Of a stretch of 64,000 nt of DNA, positions 48,761 to 57,473 are shown one piece after another. This DNA is from a virus (lineage: Duplodnaviria; Caudoviricetes): positions 64,001 to 128,000 of IMG/VR virus record IMGVR_UViG_3300028591_003737, one strand, 5' to 3'. Each line of letters starts with the position of its first letter. Within the stretch, counting starts at the first letter, position 1. A program made the translations under genes and the position numbers. The notes beneath the pieces were generated by a model, which was not told where the DNA came from, ran no database searches, and saw only the letters and a program-made list of their open reading frames with translations.

Positions 48761-49337
48761 TTTTTACTCTTTCTTTATTATACTTAATCTGTTCAGTAAA
48801 ATCATATTCTGTCATACCCATAGATTTTCTAATTGTATTAGAAGCTTGACATGCAGTTTCAAAATTATTAAATGCAATCCATTTACCTTCTTTAACTAAA
48901 TCTAACCACTTTCCACTCATTTTAAATGCTTGCATATAATCTTCACATGGTTGAGGTAAAAAATCTAAATCACGAATATACCACCAATAACCAAACTTTT
49001 CTATAAATCTTTCTTGTTTACTTTTCTTTTCTTCTTTCTCCACAGGCCAATATACTTTTACTTTAGATGGATCATATTCTTTAATATATTCATCAGTATA
49101 CCAATCAGGACGTTGAAATCTTGAATTAAATTCAATTTTCTTAACTTCTTCTGAATCTATATCATGTGCTTCTGGCCATTGTTTATATAATTCATCCAAT
49201 GAATCAACATAAGCAACAATAATAAAATCAGTATAGCTTTCGCCAGTACACCAATATGGATATTTTACAGGCCAAATAACTGGTCTATAATCATTATCAC
49301 ATTTTTTAAATGGTAAATAAAATCTAGTCCAAATCAT
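48750..49337 (-). CDS. conserved phage hypothetical protein
   Basis: DYRPV.WP..YPYWCTG....WPEA...F..RF..P.W. Confidence 0.7.
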   Translation of the reverse strand: MIWTRFYLPFKKCDNDYRPVIWPVKYPYWCTGESYTDFIIVAYVDSLDELYKQWPEAHDIDSEEVKKIEFNSRFQRPDWYTDEYIKEYDPSKVKVYWPVEKEEKKSKQERFIEKFGYWWYIRDLDFLPQPCEDYMQAFKMSGKWLDLVKEGKWIAFNNFETACQASNTIRKSMGMTEYDFTEQIKYNKERVKNGR

Positions 49338-49358
49338 AATTTAAAAATCAAAATTTAA

Positions 49359-49805
49359 TTATCCTGCACAAGGAGTAAGATATAATCTATTAAATAAATC
49401 CTCCATACTTGTTGCTTCATATACAATAGCATGATCTCTTGCAATATCAGATACAAGTCTACCAGTAGCTCTTAATGATTTAATTTCATGTTTTTCAAAC
49501 TTTTCTGGTGTAAGAATACAATAAATAACTAAATCTACATTAGTTCCATACATATTAGCAAGATGTGCTGAATGAATTATTTCTGCAATAGAATATACAC
49601 CTTGCATTTCTGGAGTAATTACATAAAGATGAATATTACATTTATTATTCTTTTCATCTTCTTCAATTACTTGACATTCTGGTGTCCAATCTTCTACAAC
49701 AGGATTAAAATATTCCACCCCTTGTTTATCAAGTAATGGCATTAATTCATCTCTCCATGTTGTTTCACAACAAGTACCACCTAAAAAATATCTTTGTTTT
49801 TTCAT
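49359..49805 (-). CDS. nucleoside 2-deoxyribosyltransferase-like protein
   Basis: FLGGTC..TTWR..L...YFNPVV.DWTPEC...E...LYVIT..M.GVYSIAE. Confidence 0.8.
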   Translation of the reverse strand: MKKQRYFLGGTCCETTWRDELMPLLDKQGVEYFNPVVEDWTPECQVIEEDEKNNKCNIHLYVITPEMQGVYSIAEIIHSAHLANMYGTNVDLVIYCILTPEKFEKHEIKSLRATGRLVSDIARDHAIVYEATSMEDLFNRLYLTPCAG

Positions 49806-49829
49806 TATATAACTTAAAATATATTTATA

Positions 49830-50321
49830 TTAACTAAAACATACACAACGATGTTTCTTTTCTTTAAGATTAATCCACCATTCTCTACCTGCTAATACTT
49901 TCCAACTTATTTCTGGTGTTCTTGCTGAAATTTCACCATCATTCATTATAGTTATTGTCAATTCATCAAGACCTTTATCATCAGTTTGTAAAAGTTCTTT
50001 TACAATTTCTCTTTCTTCATGAGTTAAAGTATATGGTTTCTTAGAAGCTTTTTTATTTTCATATGCTTTCCATTTTGCTACTTCTTCAGGATGTTCTTCT
50101 TCCCATTTCTTTCTTTTTTCTTCCTCTTCTTTTCTCCAAGCAGCATATTCTTCTTCTGTTTGAGCTTTTAGAGGTTTTATATCAAATCCAATAGTTTTTG
50201 AAACGACATCAAAAGCTAATTTAAGATCCTTTTCTTTATAAGTATCTGTCGATGATTTAGGTTTAAATGTTTCAAACATTTCCTTCATCTGATTACCTAA
50301 CTTATTATAATCTGGTTCCAT
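49830..50321 (-). CDS. hypothetical protein
   Basis: 163 aa. Confidence 0.7.
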   Translation of the reverse strand: MEPDYNKLGNQMKEMFETFKPKSSTDTYKEKDLKLAFDVVSKTIGFDIKPLKAQTEEEYAAWRKEEEEKRKKWEEEHPEEVAKWKAYENKKASKKPYTLTHEEREIVKELLQTDDKGLDELTITIMNDGEISARTPEISWKVLAGREWWINLKEKKHRCVCFS

Positions 50322-50322
50322 A

Positions 50323-50514
50323 TTAATCTTCTAATTTAAAATTTTCTTCAAAATCTTCTTTTGTTCTTGCAAAATACTCTCCATCAGGATTATCATATTC
50401 TGTTTTATAAAGGCAAAGACCTCGTCTCCATTGACCATTATCTTTAAACATAAAATTATCAGTAATCAATGTATAAGGCTTACCAGTTTTAATATGAAAA
50501 TATCTTTTATTCAT
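50323..50514 (-). CDS. DUF1653-like small protein
   Basis: RYFHIKTGKPY ... YFART.EDF..NF. Confidence 0.6.
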   Translation of the reverse strand: MNKRYFHIKTGKPYTLITDNFMFKDNGQWRRGLCLYKTEYDNPDGEYFARTKEDFEENFKLED

Positions 50515-50547
50515 AATCTTGTATCTTTCTATATACCATAAATCTTT

Positions 50548-50802
50548 TTATAAGAACAGGTCTTTTAAATAATCTTTTTCAATATCATTTATATGTTTTA
50601 TTCCTTCATTAACATATTCTGGATAAATATATTCAATATCATTATTTTCTTTTATAAGAATATTAGGTAAACAAGATGAAATTATTTTACTTCTTAAATT
50701 ACAAAAATAATTTTGAATTTCTTTAATTCTTTCATCTTGCAATCTTCTTAAATAAGGATTGGATAATATAAAAGATTGTTTAATTTTTTGTGTATTAGTC
50801 AT
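50548..50802 (-). CDS. hypothetical protein
   Basis: 84 aa. Confidence 0.6.
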   Translation of the reverse strand: MTNTQKIKQSFILSNPYLRRLQDERIKEIQNYFCNLRSKIISSCLPNILIKENNDIEYIYPEYVNEGIKHINDIEKDYLKDLFL

Positions 50803-51142
50803 AATCCTTTTCTAATTTTCTATATCCCATAAATCCTTTCATAGGAACTTGTTCTTTCAAATAATGGAATTTACCAGTTCTTGAAATATAATTACCATCA
50901 GCCCAATCTTTACCAGTTGTAGTACAAGTAAATCCATCTCTTTTAGATATATTAGATATTTTCATCCAACCTTTAATATATCCATTATGACAAATATAAC
51001 ATCTATCCCCAATATTCACATCTTTAGGAATAGTAGGAATACGATAATTCATCTCTTGAGTTTCATCCTCAACAGTCTTTAATTCCTTCTCATAATCTTC
51101 CCATTTTATAGACTTAGGAATTGTTATACAAATACTACTCAT
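50795..51142 (-). CDS. hypothetical protein (possible PUA/ASCH-like fold)
   Basis: P....IGDRCYI..NG.IKG ... PMKGF.GYR. Confidence 0.6.
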   Translation of the reverse strand: MSSICITIPKSIKWEDYEKELKTVEDETQEMNYRIPTIPKDVNIGDRCYICHNGYIKGWMKISNISKRDGFTCTTTGKDWADGNYISRTGKFHYLKEQVPMKGFMGYRKLEKDYD

Positions 51143-51326
51143 TTATTTTCTTATATTTATTTACTTTACACTTTACTAATGCATCTGTTGGATGACCATC
51201 ATAAGTACATTTTCCATTTGTATCAGAAAATCTTCCTGCTACAGGACCAAAATCTTCATATAATTTACATGAATAACACATTCCTGGATAATCATCAGGA
51301 TTTAATAAACAACCAAATCTACCCAT
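51135..51326 (-). CDS. small Cys-rich protein
   Basis: CYSC...GKC...C. Confidence 0.6.
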   Translation of the reverse strand: MGRFGCLLNPDDYPGMCYSCKLYEDFGPVAGRFSDTNGKCTYDGHPTDALVKCKVNKYKKINE

Positions 51327-51327
51327 A

Positions 51328-51525
51328 TTACCAATTACCTTTTATATGATTAACATGAAATGGAAACCAACCAAATGCCCAGTCTCTACTACAAAATATA
51401 GTACAGAGAACTTTCAATGGATTCCAATAAAATACATATAAACCACCACTTTGTGTGGATTTAAACCAAATACCTTGTTTGTCAATGTGATTAATCACAA
51501 ACCATTTAAACTTCGGAGCTGTCAT
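51328..51525 (-). CDS. hypothetical protein
   Basis: 65 aa. Confidence 0.6.
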   Translation of the reverse strand: MTAPKFKWFVINHIDKQGIWFKSTQSGGLYVFYWNPLKVLCTIFCSRDWAFGWFPFHVNHIKGNW

Positions 51526-51890
51526 ATTTTGAAAATTAATATAAAATTATCATTATAACTATTTATATCATAAGAATATGCTGCTGGATATATTCGTTTC
51601 ATATAGCCATTATAACCCTTTACTTCAGTAATATATCCTTCCCTATCACATAAAGTAAGTCTTACATTATTAACTTTAGATATCATAAATTTTGAATCTA
51701 AATTTTTAAATAACTTAGTATATTTTACAATGATGAAAATTTCAGAAGGACTCATATAAACATCGGTTACACCCTCATTTAGTCCTTTAATTTCATCATC
51801 ATCAATATAAAAATTTAATTCAAATAGATCTCTTCTATCATTTTCATCTATTGGTTCAGGAATCCAAGGTTCAAATTTAACTTTATCCAT
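51522..51890 (-). CDS. hypothetical protein
   Basis: 122 aa. Confidence 0.65.
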   Translation of the reverse strand: MDKVKFEPWIPEPIDENDRRDLFELNFYIDDDEIKGLNEGVTDVYMSPSEIFIIVKYTKLFKNLDSKFMISKVNNVRLTLCDREGYITEVKGYNGYMKRIYPAAYSYDINSYNDNFILIFKI

Positions 51891-51894
51891 AATA

Positions 51895-52146
51895 TTATAC
51901 TGTTATTACTATTAGTCGTGCTAATTCATTAAATGTACAAATATGATATTTCTCTTCATATTCTTTTTTAATATATTCTGTAACTTTATTAATATCATAT
52001 TCATAAGGAATATTTAATATTACACAAAAACCATAATCTGGTCTTTCAAATAAAATTTCAGGATATTCAGTAACAATATATCTTAAAACTTCACTGAAAT
52101 TACCAAATAAACTACCCCATTGATTTTTTCTACCTAAATTTTTCAT
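51895..52146 (-). CDS. hypothetical protein
   Basis: 83 aa. Confidence 0.65.
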   Translation of the reverse strand: MKNLGRKNQWGSLFGNFSEVLRYIVTEYPEILFERPDYGFCVILNIPYEYDINKVTEYIKKEYEEKYHICTFNELARLIVITV

Positions 52147-52148
52147 AA

Positions 52149-52631
52149 TTATGCTCTATTAATATCAATATCTAATTCTGTATCTCCTTTATCAGATATA
52201 TCTCTTACATATCCATATCCATTTTTAATACACCAAACTAATGTATTATAACCAGCAATTAATGGATATTCTGCATAAGGAGCATCTCCATTTTCTTTAC
52301 TATCTTCTGTCTTATAATAAAAACCATAAAATGGAGCATCTTTAAAGAAAGTTACTCCTTTATAACCATCTTTTCCAATCCATTCTGGAAGTTTTAATAA
52401 AAGTTCAGGAAGAGTATATGTATCACAAACAAAACTATAATCTTTTGGATTATTTATTTGACTTTCCCAACCAAAATTAGTTTTATATACAACAAATAAA
52501 TTTAATGGATCTATATTAGCCTGTATAATACAAAACTTTGAATCAGATGTATCTACACCTAATTCAATTAATTTCTGCATTCTTTCTGGACTTAAAAACT
52601 CTTGTTTAGTTTTATTATCTAACCTTATCAT
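52149..52631 (-). CDS. hypothetical protein
   Basis: LS.ERMQKL.ELGVD ... YTL.ELL.KLP motifs. Confidence 0.7.
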   Translation of the reverse strand: MIRLDNKTKQEFLSPERMQKLIELGVDTSDSKFCIIQANIDPLNLFVVYKTNFGWESQINNPKDYSFVCDTYTLPELLLKLPEWIGKDGYKGVTFFKDAPFYGFYYKTEDSKENGDAPYAEYPLIAGYNTLVWCIKNGYGYVRDISDKGDTELDIDINRA

Positions 52632-52632
52632 A

Positions 52633-52971
52633 TTAAAAATCTATACAATCTCTATATAATCTTTCAACTACAAGTTCATCCCCTTTATATTGATATTCAT
52701 TCCACCATACCCAATCAGAAGTCATTGGAATTTCACCTGTAATATCATATAACTTATTATTTATATAACATGCATAATGATTTTCTTTATCATTATACAT
52801 TATTTGTGATTCAGGTTCAAATGAACAAAATCTATAATTAAGTATGTATGCAAACCAATAACAACATCCTTGAGTGAATGTTTTTATAGTTCCTTCATTT
52901 TGGAATCTTTTAATGAAATTTAATATTTCTTCTTCAGTATATCTTAATATTCCAAATTGATCTTTATACAT
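52633..52971 (-). CDS. hypothetical protein, possible Cys-His-Asp hydrolase fold
   Basis: FTQGCCYWFA..L ... HY...I...LYDITG. Confidence 0.6.
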   Translation of the reverse strand: MYKDQFGILRYTEEEILNFIKRFQNEGTIKTFTQGCCYWFAYILNYRFCSFEPESQIMYNDKENHYACYINNKLYDITGEIPMTSDWVWWNEYQYKGDELVVERLYRDCIDF

Positions 52972-52973
52972 AA

Positions 52974-53120
52974 CTAATAATCATAAACATCCATTTCATC
53001 ATCTTCTATATCGAGGCATTCTTGATAAACATCTCGATATACTTTACGAACTTCATCAGGAAGAGTTAAATCTTCTGACTTATTCTTACAATATCTTTTT
53101 ATTTTATCGTATTTATACAT
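52974..53120 (-). CDS. small hypothetical protein (48 aa)
   Basis: MYKYDKIKRYC...; ends TAG-TT-ATG of next gene. Confidence 0.5.
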   Translation of the reverse strand: MYKYDKIKRYCKNKSEDLTLPDEVRKVYRDVYQECLDIEDDEMDVYDY

Positions 53121-53667
53121 TTACTCCAACTTTAGCATATCTTAAAATTGTATCACCCATCTTATATCCTTTAAACTGAGTGAACTTAACTGTATTCTTT
53201 TTATCTTCTTCACCAGGAATAGCAACAATAGCTTCATGAACAGAGTCATCAAACTTATCACCATCTTGAGGATTAATAGTATCTATACCATTAGCTTTAA
53301 GCATATTCATAATCTTATTGTAAATAAACTCAACACCTTCAGTAAGTTCACCAGCTTCCTTTGCTTTTTCAAAGTCATCAATAATAGGAAGAAGATCCTT
53401 AAATACAGAAATTTTACCAGCATTCTTAGAACTGGCAATATTAGCGTCAGAAATACGCTTTAAATTTTGATAATCAGCAAGAGCACGAAGATACTTATCA
53501 TTAGTTTCTTTAATAGTAACTCCGCAAGTTTTAATAGTTTCATTTGCTAAAGACATAGCTTTCTTATTTTCTTCAAGAGTCTTTTCAAGCTCTTCATAAG
53601 TAGGTTTTACTTTCTCTACTTCTTCAACTTTCTGAAAATCTTCAATAATTTCTTTATTTTCTTCCAT
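53113..53667 (-). CDS. grpE: GrpE nucleotide exchange factor
   Basis: YLRALADYQN.KR, DLLPIIDDFEKA, G..FD...HEA, KGY.MGD.ILR.AKV.V. Confidence 0.92.
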   Translation of the reverse strand: MEENKEIIEDFQKVEEVEKVKPTYEELEKTLEENKKAMSLANETIKTCGVTIKETNDKYLRALADYQNLKRISDANIASSKNAGKISVFKDLLPIIDDFEKAKEAGELTEGVEFIYNKIMNMLKANGIDTINPQDGDKFDDSVHEAIVAIPGEEDKKNTVKFTQFKGYKMGDTILRYAKVGVNV

Positions 53668-53707
53668 GATTTATTTATTTAAATTATTATACCAATACTT
53701 TGAATAT

Positions 53708-53735
53708 AATATAGTATAAAATACCTCTATTTCAA
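53708..53735 (-). promoter_or_regulatory. class-1 promoter upstream of grpE
   Basis: TTGAA-N16-CTATATT. Confidence 0.55.
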
Positions 53736-53740
53736 TATAG

Positions 53741-53774
53741 AAATAAAAAAGAGTTGGTTTCAAAACCAACTCTT
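53741..53774 (-). terminator. intrinsic terminator
   Basis: AAGAGTTGGTTT/AAACCAACTCTT stem with U-tract on - strand. Confidence 0.7.
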
Positions 53775-53778
53775 AATT

Positions 53779-54033
53779 TTAAACAATTAATTCTTTTAAA
53801 TGTAAAGATCCTTTATTATCTATTAATTTACAAATTATCCTAATTATATTTTTGTTTTCAAAAACATATTCTTTAGAACCATCTTTATTATGTATCTCAT
53901 TATAATTTACCTTACAATTAGATAAATCAAGATCTCTATAATAAAAATTATTATTGTCATCAATTCCAGGATAAAAATATAAATGTATAAATTTATCAGA
54001 ATCTTTAAAAATTGTTACGTAACCAGGAAACAT
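53779..54033 (-). CDS. hypothetical protein
   Basis: 84 aa. Confidence 0.6.
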   Translation of the reverse strand: MFPGYVTIFKDSDKFIHLYFYPGIDDNNNFYYRDLDLSNCKVNYNEIHNKDGSKEYVFENKNIIRIICKLIDNKGSLHLKELIV

Positions 54034-54037
54034 AATT

Positions 54038-54892
54038 TTATTGTTTTACAAGAATCATCTTAAACTTATTAATATCAAAGTCTGCACCAAATAACTTAGC
54101 TACTGATTCGCAACCCCAGTCACCAGCATTGAATAATTTGTCACCCCATGGATATACAGGATCTGCACCTTCATATTCAAATCTGATCTTAGCATTTACA
54201 TTTTCTGTAATATTTGGACATACCCAAGGATATTGTGCACCAGGATTATTAACTGCACCAGCCCAACTTCTACCACAATCACTTGAATAAGTAATAGATG
54301 AAATAGATAAAGTCTTATTAGCTGATTCTGTTAATGCAACATCATTAAATAATGCAACATCTTTTGGTTCAAAACCATAGAAAATAGCTCCATAATATTC
54401 AACACCATCAATAACTAATTTCTGTGCATCGTTACTTGCCCAAGATGCTGAAGCTGATACATTAGCTGATGATTCTGAATCAATAAGAGTACCTATATAA
54501 ACTCTATCATTGTAGTTACATGCTCTATTAGCAGCATTGTTCCACCAATCTTCTTCAGGATATTTAGCATGATACTTAGCAAGAGCACCATTTGCTTCAG
54601 ATTCATTCCAAGAAGCTTCATCCCATACATAATCATAAGCGGTAGATTCTTCTTCTACTGGTTCAGCTGGTACTACTGGTTCTTCAGGTTTTTCTTCTGG
54701 TTCAACATCAGAGAATTTTTCTGAAAGATCAAGACCAGCATCTTCCATAAATTCTTTAGTAAGTTCAGCTCTTCTATTATTTTTACCTTCAAGCATAGCT
54801 CCATCAGGAATTAACCAAGCTAATTTTTCTTCTGAAAGATTAGAAGGATCAAATGTAAGACCTGTTACTTTTGTAAATAATTGTCTATCCAT
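54038..54892 (-). CDS. protein with N-terminal LFTKVTGLTFD/KLAWLIPDGAML domain, Pro/Glu linker and C-terminal domain
   Basis: N-terminal ~60 aa paralogous to 54916..55167. Confidence 0.75.
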   Translation of the reverse strand: MDRQLFTKVTGLTFDPSNLSEEKLAWLIPDGAMLEGKNNRRAELTKEFMEDAGLDLSEKFSDVEPEEKPEEPVVPAEPVEEESTAYDYVWDEASWNESEANGALAKYHAKYPEEDWWNNAANRACNYNDRVYIGTLIDSESSANVSASASWASNDAQKLVIDGVEYYGAIFYGFEPKDVALFNDVALTESANKTLSISSITYSSDCGRSWAGAVNNPGAQYPWVCPNITENVNAKIRFEYEGADPVYPWGDKLFNAGDWGCESVAKLFGADFDINKFKMILVKQ

Positions 54893-54915
54893 ATTGTATT
54901 ATTTAAATATAATTT

Positions 54916-55167
54916 TTAGTCATTACTTGATGAACTATTATTTTCTTCTTCATCATCATAGTCTACTTCTACTGTTGAGAATTTAGAATCTTCACTAAGA
55001 CCAACAAGAGTCATAAATTCCTTTGTTTCTTTTGCTTTTCTACCATCTGTATTATCAAGCATTGCACCATCAGGAATTAACCATGCTAACTTATCAAGAT
55101 CTGTTATTTTTTCAACATCAAAAGTAAGACCAGTTACCTTTGTAAATAATTCTTGTTTTGTAGCCAT
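54916..55167 (-). CDS. small protein consisting of the same LFTKVTGLTFD/KLAWLIPDGAML domain plus an acidic tail
   Basis: 83 aa; downstream of class-2 motif. Confidence 0.75.
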   Translation of the reverse strand: MATKQELFTKVTGLTFDVEKITDLDKLAWLIPDGAMLDNTDGRKAKETKEFMTLVGLSEDSKFSTVEVDYDDEEENNSSSSND

Positions 55168-55190
55168 TTTATATTTTATATATTTTTACT

Positions 55191-55212
55191 TTATATATAA
55201 AAATAAAACTTT
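55191..55212 (-). promoter_or_regulatory. class-2 promoter AAAGTTTTATTTTTATATA
   Basis: 19-mer identical to those at 29434 and 58431. Confidence 0.65.
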
Positions 55213-56464
55213 AAAATAGTTCAAGTTGAACAACATTACTAGCATTTACAAGAGGTATCTTCATAACTTCCAAGAAGCGGTTAATTGGATCTATGACAGT
55301 TTTTTGCCATTGTGTAAGTTTATCCATTTTAGGTGCCCAAGCTGGAAGTTCACCAGCAGGGAATCCAAAATAACCAGTATCATCTTTACCAAGACCAGTC
55401 CTTATATTATAATATTTAATTTTACCAGAATAGAACTTAAGATGGTCTTCTCCATTTTTATGAGCTAAATAATTAAATCTTGCTACAGAGTGTACAGATA
55501 CAGGAGTGCCTTTACCAAGAATAAGTTCAGATGTATCATTTATTACATATTTTTTATAATCACCAACACCAATTGATTGTGATATATCTTCAAGAGGTGC
55601 TTGATAGAATTGTCTTCTATATTCAGAAAGTTTATCATTGAAATACATTATATATTCTTCTCTCTTTTCAGGAGTTGAATCATCAAAGTCAAACATAAGA
55701 CTTTTCATTAAATCAGAGAGAATAGTTCTACAAAGTTTAGGTGTTGTAGATTTAATAATTTCAATACCAGTTCCTGAAACTTTAGGATTATCATAGAAAT
55801 TACCTTTACTAAATACAAGTCCTTTAAGATATTTCTTTTTAGCAAGATAAATACCTGCTTTACTTATAGTTTCAAGCTCAAATTCATGAATAGAATGACC
55901 ATGACGAGGATTATAAATCTCTTCACACCATTTTGTATTTTGTTTATCAAGGAATTCTTTATTAAACTTAAGAATAAAATCTACTTTCTTTTTATCAGTA
56001 TTAAAATTCTTTTGACTTTCTGGAGTCATTGCTTGGAATAATGTTCCATATGTTGTATAAACAGAATCAGTATCAGAATAAATACTTATTGTTTGTTGAC
56101 GATACCAATCATGTTTACTTTCATCTAATTCAAAACCAAATTGTTCTTGTAAATCTTTTCTTTCCCAAAGAGTTTCATGGAAAAAGTTCTCAAGATTATG
56201 CCACATTGTTTTTGTAAGATGACGGCATTCACCTGTAATATCTCCTGCAAGAGCTATATTAAAGAAATAAAAATATTGATTTGCAGCAGCGCCATAAGCA
56301 GCATTACCTAATGCTTTACATGCCATTTCAAGAAGCCAATACTCTTGACGTAAAATAGTTACTTCTTCTTTAAATGCTTTAAGTTCTTCCAGATTCATTT
56401 GATATATATCTTTATCTGGAAAATGTTCTTTCATTAATTGAACAATATCTTCAGAAAAATTCAT
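55211..56464 (-). CDS. family B DNA polymerase, C-terminal subunit (split polymerase)
   Basis: motif B K.LGNAAYG, ITGE.R, motif C YSDTDSVY, KKKY, G.EIIKSTTP; lacks exonuclease domain and motif A. Confidence 0.88.
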   Translation of the reverse strand: MNFSEDIVQLMKEHFPDKDIYQMNLEELKAFKEEVTILRQEYWLLEMACKALGNAAYGAAANQYFYFFNIALAGDITGECRHLTKTMWHNLENFFHETLWERKDLQEQFGFELDESKHDWYRQQTISIYSDTDSVYTTYGTLFQAMTPESQKNFNTDKKKVDFILKFNKEFLDKQNTKWCEEIYNPRHGHSIHEFELETISKAGIYLAKKKYLKGLVFSKGNFYDNPKVSGTGIEIIKSTTPKLCRTILSDLMKSLMFDFDDSTPEKREEYIMYFNDKLSEYRRQFYQAPLEDISQSIGVGDYKKYVINDTSELILGKGTPVSVHSVARFNYLAHKNGEDHLKFYSGKIKYYNIRTGLGKDDTGYFGFPAGELPAWAPKMDKLTQWQKTVIDPINRFLEVMKIPLVNASNVVQLELF

Positions 56465-56496
56465 CTTTCAAATTTATAAGTTGTATTTGTAATATT

Positions 56497-56529
56497 AAAA
56501 TAGAAAAACCAATGAATTAAATTCATTGG
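56497..56529 (-). promoter_or_regulatory. hairpin CCAATGAAT-taa-ATTCATTGG overlapping a class-1 promoter
   Basis: TGAA-N18-CTATTTT. Confidence 0.55.
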
Positions 56530-56530
56530 C

Positions 56531-57472
56531 TTAATAATTCAAATAAAGACTATCATAAACAATATCTGTTGGATTTGTCTTTACTGTTTTTGATCTCAAC
56601 TTTTTGAATGATGAGTGTCCACTATCTACATAAACATGACGAGTATAAAATTTTCTAACATTACATGTTCTATCATCTTTTCCTGATGTTCCATCATATG
56701 AAAGAAGTATTTTTACATTTTTAGCAGTAAGGTTTTCAATAACATCATACATATGTTCTGAATTAAATGTATCTGCCATAAAATACATACTTCCAGTATT
56801 TTCATAAGGAGGATCCATATAAATTACATCTCCTTCATGAGCATCTTTAATTATATCATCATAAGAACCACTTATAAATGTAATCTTATCTTTAACAGGT
56901 TCAATAACAGAATACCAAGAATCTAATACCTTTTCAAGTTCTTCTGGTTTAATACCATATCTTCCACCAACATGAAATGGTGTATTGAATTTACCACTTG
57001 GATTATATCTAATAAGTCCATTAAAACAAGTTCTAGAAATCCAATAAAGAAGTTTTGCTCTTTCTGGATCATCTTCACTCATATTATTATACTTTTCTCT
57101 ATTCTCATAATATACTGGTTGAATTAACTTTATATCATCATGAGTTAATTCTTTTGCATCTTTATAATCAACTTGTTTTCTAAGTTTTTCATAATTCTCA
57201 GTATAATAATCTAATAGTTCTTCTCTATTATCTTTTAATAAATTCCAGATATTCATAAGATCTTTATTAAGATCAGAACATACAATCTTATTTACTTTAA
57301 TATTACCAAGAGCTATTTCATTTAATAACTCATGAAGAACAGAACCACCACCAAGAAATGGCTCATAATATGTATCTATTTCTTTTGGAAATTGATGTAC
57401 AATATATGGAGCTTGCTTTCTTTTAGAACCACTCCATTTAATAAAAGGTTGTTTACCAATATTTACTAACAT
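56531..57472 (-). CDS. dam: DNA adenine methyltransferase (Dam/D12 class)
   Basis: PFIKWSGSK, YYEPFLGGGSV, CFNGLIRYN..G.FN.PF, YMDPPY. Confidence 0.9.
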   Translation of the reverse strand: MLVNIGKQPFIKWSGSKRKQAPYIVHQFPKEIDTYYEPFLGGGSVLHELLNEIALGNIKVNKIVCSDLNKDLMNIWNLLKDNREELLDYYTENYEKLRKQVDYKDAKELTHDDIKLIQPVYYENREKYNNMSEDDPERAKLLYWISRTCFNGLIRYNPSGKFNTPFHVGGRYGIKPEELEKVLDSWYSVIEPVKDKITFISGSYDDIIKDAHEGDVIYMDPPYENTGSMYFMADTFNSEHMYDVIENLTAKNVKILLSYDGTSGKDDRTCNVRKFYTRHVYVDSGHSSFKKLRSKTVKTNPTDIVYDSLYLNY

Positions 57473-57473
57473 A

